A DNA stretch of 64,000 nt from an uncultured delta proteobacterium (GTDB lineage Bacteria > Desulfobacterota > Binatia > Binatales > Binataceae). Both the position numbers and the translations under genes were made by a program. Shown one piece after another: positions 28,074 through 37,678 of the stretch (position 1 is the stretch's first letter; the number at the start of each line of letters is the position of its first letter). The DNA lies in contig CAWCDG010000002.1 of assembly GCA_963794325.1 (NCBI GenBank), forward strand, positions 288,001 to 352,000, written 5' to 3'. The notes beneath the pieces are model-generated. The model had not been told where the DNA came from, did no database searches, and worked only from the letters and a program-made list of their open reading frames with translations.

Positions 28074-29213
28074 ATGAGACGGCCGATAGTGTTCGTAATC
28101 CTTGCGGCGATAGGCGCGATGCTGGCCGCGATTGTGGTGTTTTCCGCAATCAGAAAACGCGAGTCCGAAGTGCAGCGCGCGATGGCGCATACGGTCGAGG
28201 TCGTAGTCGCGGCGAAAGACATCGCGATCGGCGCGAAACTCGAGCCCGACGCCGTCAAGCTGGTGCGATGGTCTCGCGACAGTGTCCCGCAGGGGGCATA
28301 CACCGATCCGCAGGCGGTAGCGGGTTCGTTCGCCAGGAACGAGTTCGTGGCAAACGAGCCGATTGTCGCCAACAAGCTGTTCATGGGCGAGAAGACTGCT
28401 GGTGTGATGCCGCTTCTGATTCCGCCCGGGATGCGGGCGATGTCGGTGCCGGTGGACGAGGTTTCGGACATCGCGGGTTTCGTCGCGCCGCACACGCGAG
28501 TCGACATCCTGGTTGCGGTCGCTGGAACCGGCCCGGGCGAGCCGTCTTTCTCACGCATCGTTCTACAAAACATCGAAGTGCTGGCAGTCGCCCAGGAAAT
28601 CGAACACGTCAAGGATGCGCCGGAAGTGGTGAAAGTCGTCACGCTGCTGGTGACTCCGGTCGATGCCGAAAAACTGACCCTGGCGAGTCGCGAAGGACTT
28701 CTGCGCCTTGCGATGCGCAACTACAGCGACAGCAAGATAGTCGCAACCAAGGGAATCGGCCTACCCGACTTGCTGCATGAAGGCGGCAGGGGCGGCGCAA
28801 CCTTGCCCTTGATGCAAATACAGCCGGTGCCGGCGATGGCGATGACCGCGCATGCGTCACGCGCGCCCAAAGAATTTCGAATCGAAGTAATGCGCGACGG
28901 CAAATCGTCGGAGGCGATGTCGTTTGTGCATTCCGGCGTAGCAGCACGATCTTCATTTGAAGCGCATCACGATACGCCTGCGGTTTCGGAGCCGCCGCCG
29001 CCCGCACCGCCGCCACCGTCAGAGGAGGAGCCGGAATCGCCGGTTTCGTCCGCCAAGCCGGTGTGGTCCGCGGCCTTCAGCGAACCACCGCCGAGTGCAT
29101 TCGCGGCGGTTAGAAGGGCCGCAATTGAAGGTCATGCGCCAGAGAATCTCGCGCCGCTGAGGCCGGGTGAGCCGGGGTACGTGCCGGCGCCAAAGACCTA
29201 TCAGGTTCCGTGA
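28074..29213 (+). CDS. cpaB: Flp pilus assembly protein CpaB/RcpC with a Pro-rich C-terminal extension
   Basis: VVVAAKDIAIG SAF domain, GMRAMSVPVDEVSDIAGFV, RVDILV, VLQNIEVLA. Confidence 0.92.
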   Translation: MRRPIVFVILAAIGAMLAAIVVFSAIRKRESEVQRAMAHTVEVVVAAKDIAIGAKLEPDAVKLVRWSRDSVPQGAYTDPQAVAGSFARNEFVANEPIVANKLFMGEKTAGVMPLLIPPGMRAMSVPVDEVSDIAGFVAPHTRVDILVAVAGTGPGEPSFSRIVLQNIEVLAVAQEIEHVKDAPEVVKVVTLLVTPVDAEKLTLASREGLLRLAMRNYSDSKIVATKGIGLPDLLHEGGRGGATLPLMQIQPVPAMAMTAHASRAPKEFRIEVMRDGKSSEAMSFVHSGVAARSSFEAHHDTPAVSEPPPPAPPPPSEEEPESPVSSAKPVWSAAFSEPPPSAFAAVRRAAIEGHAPENLAPLRPGEPGYVPAPKTYQVP

Positions 29214-29241
29214 TCGCCAGGCGGCTACAAAGGGGGAAGCC

Positions 29242-31098
29242 ATGATGGGAAACAAAAACATATACGCAAAGACTTCGGCCGCAGACCGAATCTGTTGGCT
29301 GCTCGGCGCGGCTCTATTGATACTGGCCGTCGCCGCGGCCACTGCACGGGCCCAGGCAATCGAAGCGAACGCATGGATGCCGGTTTCGATGAACGCCGGC
29401 GAGACCTATGTGATCAACGATATCAAGCCGGGGACAAAACCTTTGTTCAAGGTTGAGCGGAATCCGAATGCGTTCGTCACCTACGATTCGCCGCCGGGCA
29501 AACTCACGATGCTCAGCGCCGAGGCGGGGCGCTGGATAGTCACAGTCACCAATAATTCGGATCGCGAGGTCAGCTACGACGTCAACGCTTTCCGGGTTGC
29601 GAAGGATGGTGCGCCGCTGACTCCGGGAAAAGCGCCGCCGGCGATGAGCGATGACAACCTCGCGGCGCGGCCGGGCGAAGGCGCGTCGCCGTCGACATCT
29701 TCTGCAATGCCCGAGTTGGAAACCATTCCGTCACTGCGCACGACTCCACCGGCAGCTTCACCATACAGCCTGACGGTCCCCGCCAAAGCGCCTCTGTCCT
29801 ACGATGATGCCTCATGGAGTGTGCCGCCTGCGCCGGCCAAGGGAGCGCAAACCTATGAGCCGCGCCAATCGGTTGCTCCGGAGGCGACCGGCGCCGCTCG
29901 CTATCGGAACGATCCGTCGGTGCTGGATGCGGGGCCTGGATACCTGGGCGACAGCGTCTCGGGTGGAAAGCACTATCTGCCGGAGGAAGCCGTGTCGCTC
30001 ATGATGGGCACCTCTGAGGTAATCGATTTTCAGCGGCGTATCACGAGAATTTCCGTCGCCGATTCCAAGATTGCCGACGTGCAGGTGATCGATCCGTTCC
30101 AGCTCAATCTGATCGCCCATCAGCCCGGCTTTACCACGCTCGCCGTCTGGGATGCGAACGGACAGTACGAAGAACGGACGGTGCGAATCGATGCGAGCGG
30201 CAAACAGCAGGTGATGCTCAACACTATCGTGGCCGAGCTCGACCGGACTGAGCTGGAGAATCAGGGAGTTGACCTGTCAGTCGCGCTTACCAAAATCGGT
30301 ATCTCGCTGGTTGGTCTGCCCGGCAATGTCGCCACGCCCTACAGCGCGAATTCCATGATCACGAGCTCGGGCTCGGCAGGTTCTACCTCTGGCGGACTCC
30401 TGCCCTTTGGCGGCCAGCTGATTCCCCTGCTGCTGTCGCCGAACCTGACCTACGGTCTGTCTGCCCAAAACTCGAACATTGCGTGGAACGGATTTTTCCA
30501 GTTTCTCGAAGCTCACAGCCTCGGCAAAGTTCTCGCCGAGCCGCATTTGCTGGCGAACTCCGGCGAAAAAGCCAAATTTCTCTCGGGTGGCGAGATACCA
30601 ATCGTAATTGCGCAGGCTCTGAACTCGACCATCGTTTTCAAAACCTTCGGCACTTCAGTCGAGTTCATCCCGACCGTAGTAGGCCGCGACGATATCGAGC
30701 TGCTGGTGAAAACCGAGGTTTCTGAACCGGACTACACTCACGGCGTCATGCTTTTCGGGTTCACCGTTCCGGCCTTCGTCACCCGCCGGGCTGAGACGTT
30801 GGCGCGGCTCAAGGACCGCCAGACTCTTATCATCGCCGGCCTGATTCTTCATCAAAAAACTTCGCAGGTGCAGAAGGTGCCTTATCTCGGAGACATCCCC
30901 TACGTAGCCGGTCTTTTTCGCAATACCTATTGGACCAACAAGGAATCCGACCTCGTCATGAGCGTGACGCCCGAGATAGTCCGGCCGCTGCCCCCGAACG
31001 GACAGGTGTACCTGCCCACCGGCCGCGGCGAGTTGACTGAAGGCGAAATCAAGACTCAGACCCTCACGCCGCCCGATCCGGCACGGCCACGCTTTTAG
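29242..31098 (+). CDS. cpaC: Tad secretin CpaC/RcpA
   Basis: Signal peptide; RISVADSKIADV...GFTTLAVWD; VLAEPHLLANSGEKAKFLSGGEIP; KVPYLGDIP. Confidence 0.92.
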   Translation: MMGNKNIYAKTSAADRICWLLGAALLILAVAAATARAQAIEANAWMPVSMNAGETYVINDIKPGTKPLFKVERNPNAFVTYDSPPGKLTMLSAEAGRWIVTVTNNSDREVSYDVNAFRVAKDGAPLTPGKAPPAMSDDNLAARPGEGASPSTSSAMPELETIPSLRTTPPAASPYSLTVPAKAPLSYDDASWSVPPAPAKGAQTYEPRQSVAPEATGAARYRNDPSVLDAGPGYLGDSVSGGKHYLPEEAVSLMMGTSEVIDFQRRITRISVADSKIADVQVIDPFQLNLIAHQPGFTTLAVWDANGQYEERTVRIDASGKQQVMLNTIVAELDRTELENQGVDLSVALTKIGISLVGLPGNVATPYSANSMITSSGSAGSTSGGLLPFGGQLIPLLLSPNLTYGLSAQNSNIAWNGFFQFLEAHSLGKVLAEPHLLANSGEKAKFLSGGEIPIVIAQALNSTIVFKTFGTSVEFIPTVVGRDDIELLVKTEVSEPDYTHGVMLFGFTVPAFVTRRAETLARLKDRQTLIIAGLILHQKTSQVQKVPYLGDIPYVAGLFRNTYWTNKESDLVMSVTPEIVRPLPPNGQVYLPTGRGELTEGEIKTQTLTPPDPARPRF

Positions 31099-31124
31099 GC
31101 CCCGATGCGCAGGAGAATGATTCA

Positions 31125-32345
31125 GTGCCGTTAAACGGATCGAAGAGCGAGAGTCGCCGCAGCACGATGAAGGTGATGCTGGTCGGCGATCCCGGCGAGC
31201 AGCGCAGTCAGCTCAAGACGGTTCTGGCGGCGCTGACGGAGCCTCAACTCGAGATCGTCGAGGGCGAATCCGCCACCGCCGCGAATCTCTCGGAGAATGT
31301 TTCGGCGCCGCCGGAAGCAACCCTGGTGATGGTCAATGGAAATGAAGAAGCGGCGTTGAGCTTTCTCCAGAGCCAGTCGCTCCATTCGCCGCGGCCGACC
31401 TTGCTCGCCCTGCTCAGCGCGCGATCGCCCGGTCTGATGAAGCAGGCGCTGCGCTCGGGTGCCGACGAAATACTGTTCATGCCGCTCGACCCGGGGGAGG
31501 CGACGCGCGCCCTGCTGAAGGTTAGCGAAGCGCGCTGGCGCACCGAGCGCCGCGAAGGCGGCGTCGTCATTTCGGTCACCAGCCTCGTCGGCGGCGTCGG
31601 TGTCACTTCGTTGGCGGCCAATCTCGCGCTGGCGCTCGAATCGTTGCATCAGCGCGTAGCGATGGTCGATCTCGATCTTCAAACCGGAGGATTGGCGGTT
31701 TTTCTGAACCTGGATCCGGAAGTGACAATCATGCCGCTGGTGCGGCTCGAGCGTAAACTCGATTCGATTCAGCTCGAATCCGCTTTGACCAAGCATTCGT
31801 CGGGCGTCTGTCTGCTGGCCGCGCCGAAGCGAATCGAAGAAGGCGAGCTGGTCTCGGACCTGACGGTCGGCACGGTGCTCGACCTGATTCGTCAGTTGTT
31901 CGACTACGTGATTGTCGATTGTGGCGATCACGTGGACGAAAACGCGGTTGCCGCATGGGAGCGCTCCGAGCATCTTTTTTACGTTCTCAATCAATCGATC
32001 GCGGCGGCGCGGTCCGCATGGCGATTTATCGACCTGTTCGAGCGGCTGGGGCTGACTACGCTGGAGCCGCACTTCATTCTCGATCGTTATAATCCCTCGC
32101 ATCCACTGACTGAGAAGGCGATCGAAGCGACGCTCGCCAAATCCATTTACGCAAAAATTCCGGCAGATGACCGGACTTTCGAAACAATCGAGCTGAAGGC
32201 GCAGGACCTTTTCCATGTGGCGCCGAATTCTCCGGTGGCGCGCGCCATGTTGGATCTGGCGGCGCTCGTAATGCCGCGGGTGGAACCGGCGGCGCTCCAG
32301 GAAACATTCATGTCGCGGCTCAAATCCGCCTTCGGTGCGCATTGA
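31125..32345 (+). CDS. cpaE: CpaE/TadZ (receiver-like domain plus MinD/ParA-like ATPase)
   Basis: Degenerate P-loop VGGVGVTSLAANLA, VDLDLQ, FDYVIVD. Confidence 0.88.
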   Translation: MPLNGSKSESRRSTMKVMLVGDPGEQRSQLKTVLAALTEPQLEIVEGESATAANLSENVSAPPEATLVMVNGNEEAALSFLQSQSLHSPRPTLLALLSARSPGLMKQALRSGADEILFMPLDPGEATRALLKVSEARWRTERREGGVVISVTSLVGGVGVTSLAANLALALESLHQRVAMVDLDLQTGGLAVFLNLDPEVTIMPLVRLERKLDSIQLESALTKHSSGVCLLAAPKRIEEGELVSDLTVGTVLDLIRQLFDYVIVDCGDHVDENAVAAWERSEHLFYVLNQSIAAARSAWRFIDLFERLGLTTLEPHFILDRYNPSHPLTEKAIEATLAKSIYAKIPADDRTFETIELKAQDLFHVAPNSPVARAMLDLAALVMPRVEPAALQETFMSRLKSAFGAH

Positions 32346-32379
32346 AGTCCGCGTTTTTTGAATCAGTGAGGTAGGCGAG

Positions 32380-33762
32380 ATGGGACTATCTGAGAGACTC
32401 TCGAACGCGACCAAGGGGGGACACACTCCAGAGGGTGCCAGTGCCAGCGGCTCCCTTATCGGCGCGACGGTGCGCCGGCGCAAGGACGCAATCGCTGATA
32501 GCTCGCGCCGATTAAAGGTCAAGGTTCACAACAAGCTGTTCGAGACTATCGACGTTTCGAAGCTCGAGACCTTCGAGCCCGCGATGGTGTCCAGCAAAGT
32601 TACCGCCGCTATCAACGACATACTCAATGAAGACGGCCGCCTGCTGACGGACATCGACCGTAATCGCCTGATTGAGGAACTCAAGAACGAGTTGCTCGGT
32701 CTGGGGCCCCTCGAGCCGTTGCTCCGCGACGACGAGATTACCGACATCCTGGTCAACGGCCACGATCAGGTCTACGTCGAGAAGCGCGGCAAGCTGCACG
32801 CAACCGACGTGGTCTTCCAGGACGACGCGCATTTGATGTTGATCATCGATCGCATCGTGTCGCGCGTGGGCCGGCGAGTCGACGAATCGTCGCCGATGGT
32901 CGATGCCCGCCTGCCCGACGGCTCGCGTATCAACGCAATCATACCGCCGCTGGCGCTCGACGGACCGGCTCTTTCAATCCGGCGTTTCGGCAAGCATCGC
33001 TTCGACATCGGCGCGCTGGTCGAAAAAGAGGCTCTGACGTGGGACTTGGTCGAGTTCCTGCTCGCCGTCGTTCGCGCGCGCCTTAACGTAATCGTCTGCG
33101 GCGGTACCGGCTCGGGCAAGACCACGATGCTCAATTGCCTCTCGGCATTCGTTCCCGAAGACGAACGAATCGTAACGATCGAGGATTCTGCCGAGCTCTC
33201 GCTGCAGCAACCGCATGTCGTGCGGCTGGAGACGCGGCCGTCCAATCTCGAAGGCCGCGGCGAAGTCACGCAGCGCGACCTGGTCAAGAACTGCCTTCGG
33301 ATGCGCCCTGATCGAATCGTGGTCGGCGAGGTCCGCGGCGCCGAGGTTTTCGACATGTTGCAGGCGATGTCCACCGGCCATGACGGTTCTATCGCGACCA
33401 TCCATGCCAACAGTCCGCGCGAATGTCTGGGCCGCCTCGAGATGATGATGCTGTTGTCGGGCGTTTCGATTCCGCAGCGCGCGATGCGCCAGCAGATTGC
33501 ATCTGCGGTCAACATTATCGTTCACGTTTCCCGCCTGTCAGACGGTTCGCGCAAGGTCATGAAGATCTCCGAGATCAGCGGGATGGAAGGCGAGATGATT
33601 ATGATGCAGGACCTGTTCGAGTTCGTCCGCGCGGACACTACCGCGGCGGGAAAAATCAACGGGAGTTTTCGCTCGACCGGTATCCGTTCGTCTTATACAC
33701 AGCGCCTCGAGACCGCCGGTTACAAAACCGAATCGAAGGTTATCAAAGCGGCGGCGCGATGA
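32380..33762 (+). CDS. cpaF: Tad assembly ATPase CpaF/TadA
   Basis: [41 protein letters not shown]. Confidence 0.96.
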   Translation: MGLSERLSNATKGGHTPEGASASGSLIGATVRRRKDAIADSSRRLKVKVHNKLFETIDVSKLETFEPAMVSSKVTAAINDILNEDGRLLTDIDRNRLIEELKNELLGLGPLEPLLRDDEITDILVNGHDQVYVEKRGKLHATDVVFQDDAHLMLIIDRIVSRVGRRVDESSPMVDARLPDGSRINAIIPPLALDGPALSIRRFGKHRFDIGALVEKEALTWDLVEFLLAVVRARLNVIVCGGTGSGKTTMLNCLSAFVPEDERIVTIEDSAELSLQQPHVVRLETRPSNLEGRGEVTQRDLVKNCLRMRPDRIVVGEVRGAEVFDMLQAMSTGHDGSIATIHANSPRECLGRLEMMMLLSGVSIPQRAMRQQIASAVNIIVHVSRLSDGSRKVMKISEISGMEGEMIMMQDLFEFVRADTTAAGKINGSFRSTGIRSSYTQRLETAGYKTESKVIKAAAR

Positions 33763-34721
33763 GCCGCGACGATCTACTGATACCAGTTGCGGTGGCCGGC
33801 TTCGTGCTGGTGCTATGCGCATTGTGGTTCGTGCGCCGCGGCTCTCGGCCGGGCGTCACGCGCACCGTGATGCGACGCATGTCGCGTCCCGACGCAATCC
33901 TGGAAGGTGGTATCACCAAGACCGACACTCGTCGTCTGACCGGTCGTGAATTCCTAAGCCGGTTTTATGCGCTGCACCTGCTCCAAAAGCTCGAGGAAAA
34001 CCTCTGGCAGGCGGGAATCTACGCGCGCATCTCTGACGTCCTGCTTGTGATCCTGCTGCTGTTCACGGCGGGTCTGTTCGCCGGCGAGGCTCTCTCGGGC
34101 CACATACTTATCTCGATGGCGATAGGCGGCGCGGTGGCGAGCCTGCCGATAATCTACATCCGGGTGCGCCGGCAGCGGCGGCTGAAGGCGTTCGCCAAGC
34201 AACTGCCGTACGCGCTTGATTTGATCAAATCGTCGCTGGAAGCCGGCCATACCTTGCTGCGTGGTCTGCAAGTGGTAGTGGCAGAGTTCCCTGATCCTAT
34301 CGGCACCGAATTCCGTTCCGCTATCGAGCAGAGCCGCCTTGGATTGCCTCTGCCGCGCTCACTGGAAGAGATGCTCAAGCGAGTGCCGCAGGACGATCTG
34401 CGCCTACTGGTAGTTGCGGTGCGGGTGCAATCGGAAGTGGGCAGCTCGCTGGCGATCATTCTCGGGCGCCTGTCGGAAATCGTTCGCACTCGTCAACGCC
34501 TGCAGCAGCAAATCAAGGCGCTCACGGCCCAATCCAAAATGAGCGGGATACTGGTCGGGTTCCTGCCGATCGTGATGTTGGCTGCGTTCAGCATTATTCA
34601 GCCGAGCTACACCAACACACTTTTCTTCGATCCGACGGGGCAAAAGATTCTGGAAGTCGCCGCCGTGCTCGACACTCTCGCGTTCCTCTCAATTCGCAAG
34701 CTGCTGAAGGTGAAGTACTGA
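33759..34721 (+). CDS. tadB: TadB inner-membrane platform protein
   Basis: ATGA overlap with cpaF; [27 protein letters not shown]. Confidence 0.9.
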   Translation: MSRDDLLIPVAVAGFVLVLCALWFVRRGSRPGVTRTVMRRMSRPDAILEGGITKTDTRRLTGREFLSRFYALHLLQKLEENLWQAGIYARISDVLLVILLLFTAGLFAGEALSGHILISMAIGGAVASLPIIYIRVRRQRRLKAFAKQLPYALDLIKSSLEAGHTLLRGLQVVVAEFPDPIGTEFRSAIEQSRLGLPLPRSLEEMLKRVPQDDLRLLVVAVRVQSEVGSSLAIILGRLSEIVRTRQRLQQQIKALTAQSKMSGILVGFLPIVMLAAFSIIQPSYTNTLFFDPTGQKILEVAAVLDTLAFLSIRKLLKVKY

Positions 34722-34730
34722 GTACCTGCC

Positions 34731-35678
34731 ATGCCGGCGATCTATGCAAGTCTGACGGTGTTTCTGTTGTTTGGCGCGGTCTCCGTCGCGATCTACGCGG
34801 CCATCTATGGGATCAATCGCCCGTTCGACGATCGGATCGCCGACATCGGGGTCAAGATGCGGGTCGCCTACGGGAATCCCGAGAACGTGGACATGGACTC
34901 GGACTCGTTCGCGAACACGCTTTTCCGGTGGGTCGCCAAACATCTGCCGGAACCGGCGCTGAACACGCCGGAGCGCGAGAAGCTTTCGCAGACTATGGTC
35001 CGGGCCGGGTATTCGGGGTCGGGCGCGGTCCGCACCTTTCACTTCATCCGTCTCGCGTCGACCGCGGGAACTGCGCTGCTTGCGATGGTCGCCGCGATAG
35101 CTTTTGGTTTTCACGGGATCAAGCCGCTGGTGGCTATAATCGTCGGGGCGGGCGTTGGCGTGTTCATCCCCAACTACTACATCGGCCGCAAAGCCCGGAA
35201 CCGGCGCGACCAAATCGCCAGCCAACTCTCAGACGTGCTGGATCTGCTGGTAGTGTGCGTCGAATCCGGTCTCGGCCTGAGCGAGGCGATCAAGATCGTG
35301 GGCTCCGAATGCCTCCGCCAAAAGCAGGAAATAGGCGCTGAACTGTCGATGGTCTCTGCTGAGCTTTCCGCCGGCAGCACACTTGGCCAGGCGCTGAAGA
35401 GTTTCGCCGACCGCACCGCGGTCGAGGACATTAAGCCGCTGGCCGCAACGCTGGTGCAAAGCGAAAAGCTGGGTGCGCAAATTGGCCCCGCGCTTCGCTC
35501 GATCTCGGACACGATGCGCACCACCCGCCGGTTGCGCGCCGAAGAAGCGGCCGCCAAAACCACCGTCAAGATTCTGTTCCCGCTGGTGCTGTTCATTTTG
35601 CCCGCGATGATGAGCGTGATCGTCGGCCCGGCGATGATTCAGATCATGCGCGCGCTCACTGGGGTTCATACGCAATAG
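34731..35678 (+). CDS. tadC: TadC inner-membrane platform protein
   Basis: DVLDLLVVCVESGLGL, RAEEAAAKTTVKILFPLVLFILPA. Confidence 0.92.
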   Translation: MPAIYASLTVFLLFGAVSVAIYAAIYGINRPFDDRIADIGVKMRVAYGNPENVDMDSDSFANTLFRWVAKHLPEPALNTPEREKLSQTMVRAGYSGSGAVRTFHFIRLASTAGTALLAMVAAIAFGFHGIKPLVAIIVGAGVGVFIPNYYIGRKARNRRDQIASQLSDVLDLLVVCVESGLGLSEAIKIVGSECLRQKQEIGAELSMVSAELSAGSTLGQALKSFADRTAVEDIKPLAATLVQSEKLGAQIGPALRSISDTMRTTRRLRAEEAAAKTTVKILFPLVLFILPAMMSVIVGPAMIQIMRALTGVHTQ

Positions 35679-35725
35679 CAGCCCTCGCTCTTGACGCGGG
35701 CGGATCGGCGCAATACCGATCGATC

Positions 35726-36211
35726 ATGGCTGACTCGGAACCGCGCACGCGCGCCCTCGAACTGTGGAACGAGGCGATCCGCTTTCACATGAACCACGAG
35801 CTCGAACGCGCGGTAGAGCTCTACACGAAATCGATCGAAGTTTTTCCAACCGCGGAGGCTTACACGTTTCGCGGGTGGGCGTTCGAGGGAATGGGGCGAA
35901 TCGACGACGCGATCGCGGAATGCCACCGCGCTATCGAAGTCGATCCCGCATTTGGCAATCCGTACAACGATATCGGCGCGTACCTGATCGCCAAGGGCGA
36001 GCTCGACGAGGCGATTCCGTGGCTCGAGAAAGCCAAGACGGCGCCGCGCTACGATCCGCGTCACTTCCCGTTCATGAATCTGGGTCGAATCTACGCGGCC
36101 AAGGGAATGGTGAAGCGCGCCATCGACGAATTCGAAGGTGCGCTCGGATTCGCGCCCGGCGATCCAACGTGCGCATCCGCGCTGAAACAACTCCGCGCCC
36201 TGTTGAATTGA
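35726..36211 (+). CDS. cytoplasmic TPR protein
   Basis: Tandem TPRs (AEAYTFRGW, NPYNDIGAY, PFMNLGRIY); no signal peptide. Confidence 0.85.
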   Translation: MADSEPRTRALELWNEAIRFHMNHELERAVELYTKSIEVFPTAEAYTFRGWAFEGMGRIDDAIAECHRAIEVDPAFGNPYNDIGAYLIAKGELDEAIPWLEKAKTAPRYDPRHFPFMNLGRIYAAKGMVKRAIDEFEGALGFAPGDPTCASALKQLRALLN

Positions 36212-36212
36212 G

Positions 36213-36659
36213 ATGATCAAAGTTGGAGAGTCGGCGCCCGATTTCACGCTGGCCGCACACGACGGCGGAACACTCTCGCTGAAGAGTCTTCGCGGGGCGA
36301 AAGTGCTCTTGTGGTTTTTCGTCGAGGCCAACACGCCCGGCTGCACGCTCGAAGGACGCGGCTTTCGCGACCATCAATCATATTTTGACGAAAACAATAT
36401 CCGTGTGGTCGGCGTTAGCTTCGACTCGATCGATGACAATGCGGCGTTCGCCGGCCGGCACGAATTCGGATTCCCGCTTCTGAGCGACGTCGATCGCGCC
36501 GTCGCGCTGGCATACGGCGCGTGTTCGGGATCGGACGCCAGGTATCCCGACCGCGTGAGTTTTCTGATCGACGAGAGCGGCGCGATCGAACGAGTGTACG
36601 ACCAGGTCGATCCTCGGGACCATCCGGCGCGTGTGCTGGCCGACGTTCTCGGCGTGTGA
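36213..36659 (+). CDS. bcp: BCP/PrxQ-type peroxiredoxin
   Basis: APDFTL, TPGCTLE peroxidatic motif, FPLLSD, RVSFLID. Confidence 0.88.
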   Translation: MIKVGESAPDFTLAAHDGGTLSLKSLRGAKVLLWFFVEANTPGCTLEGRGFRDHQSYFDENNIRVVGVSFDSIDDNAAFAGRHEFGFPLLSDVDRAVALAYGACSGSDARYPDRVSFLIDESGAIERVYDQVDPRDHPARVLADVLGV

Positions 36660-36662
36660 TCG

Positions 36663-37463
36663 ATGGCGCATCCTCAGATGAAAGTCCGCGCCGTCATCTT
36701 CGACCTCGACGAAACTTTGATCGAAGAAGAGGCCTCCAACGACGCTTCCGTTCTGACTGCCGCCGATATTGCCGCCGCTCGCCACGGCGTCGATCGGGTC
36801 GCGCTGCTAGCCGGATTGCGCAAACGCTCGCGCGAGCTGTTTCTCGCCGGCCCGATGATCGACTACTGCCGCAACATCGGCATCAGCACGCGCGAAGCAT
36901 TATGGGGTTCGTTCATCGGCGAGGACCCTCGGCTCGCGCAGCTTCGCAATTGGATGCCCACATACAGGCTGCGATCGTGGGCGGCGGCGTTGGAAGAAGT
37001 CGGCGTCGACGACCCGCCGCTCGCCGCGGAGCTCGTCGATTTCTTCATGATCGATCGAAGCCGCCGCCATGTCGTATTCACCGAGTCAGAGCAGGTCCTG
37101 CACGAGTTGAAGAAAGATTTTCGGCTCGGGCTAATCACCAACGGCGCGCCTGATATCCAGGGCGCCAAAATTGACGGTTCGAAGCTCGCCAGCTTTTTCG
37201 AAACGATCATCATCTCCGGCGAACACGGATTCGGAAAGCCCGACCTCAGGATTTTTCGACTGGCTTTGGAACGGCTGAAAGTCGCGCCGCACGAAGCGGT
37301 AATGGTAGGCGACAGTCTCGACCGCGATATCGTCGGCGCCCGCGACGCAGGAATCCGCACGGTCTGGATCAATCGTCGCAACCGAACGCTCACCGATAGC
37401 CATCCCGTCCCAGATGTCGTGCTGATGGACCTGCGCGACTTGCCGACTCTGCTTAAGCGGTAA
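36663..37463 (+). CDS. HAD-superfamily hydrolase
   Basis: FDLDETL, ITNG, KPD..IF, MVGDSLDRDIVGA. Confidence 0.9.
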   Translation: MAHPQMKVRAVIFDLDETLIEEEASNDASVLTAADIAAARHGVDRVALLAGLRKRSRELFLAGPMIDYCRNIGISTREALWGSFIGEDPRLAQLRNWMPTYRLRSWAAALEEVGVDDPPLAAELVDFFMIDRSRRHVVFTESEQVLHELKKDFRLGLITNGAPDIQGAKIDGSKLASFFETIIISGEHGFGKPDLRIFRLALERLKVAPHEAVMVGDSLDRDIVGARDAGIRTVWINRRNRTLTDSHPVPDVVLMDLRDLPTLLKR

Positions 37464-37612
37464 GACTGACCGGCATCCAGGCAGCGGCAAATCAATGTCG
37501 CATCCTGAGGGTCGATGCCACGGAGTTGCCGTATCGAGTGCGCGATGCAGACCGTTGCGCTTTGTTGGTTACCACAGACAATCGTTCAGTGAGTGTCCCG
37601 ATTCTGCGACAG

Positions 37613-37628
37613 TGGCCCCTCATTTGCT
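37613..37628 (+). promoter_or_regulatory. sigma54 promoter upstream of the activator gene
   Basis: TGGCCCCTCATTTGCT: GG-N10-GC with canonical TGGC and TTGC. Confidence 0.7.
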
Positions 37629-37678
37629 CTCTTGAAATAGCTATCGACCCGCAATCGCAGGCGGGAGCAGGGGGATTA

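Noticed and set aside
33423-33758. N-terminal extension of tadB in the ORF track
   Set aside because: It overlaps cpaF; the ATGA-coupled start at 33759 fits better
35726-36211. TadD pilotin
   Set aside because: No signal peptide or lipobox
36213-36659. Selenocysteine peroxiredoxin
   Set aside because: The catalytic codon is TGC and there is no in-frame TGA
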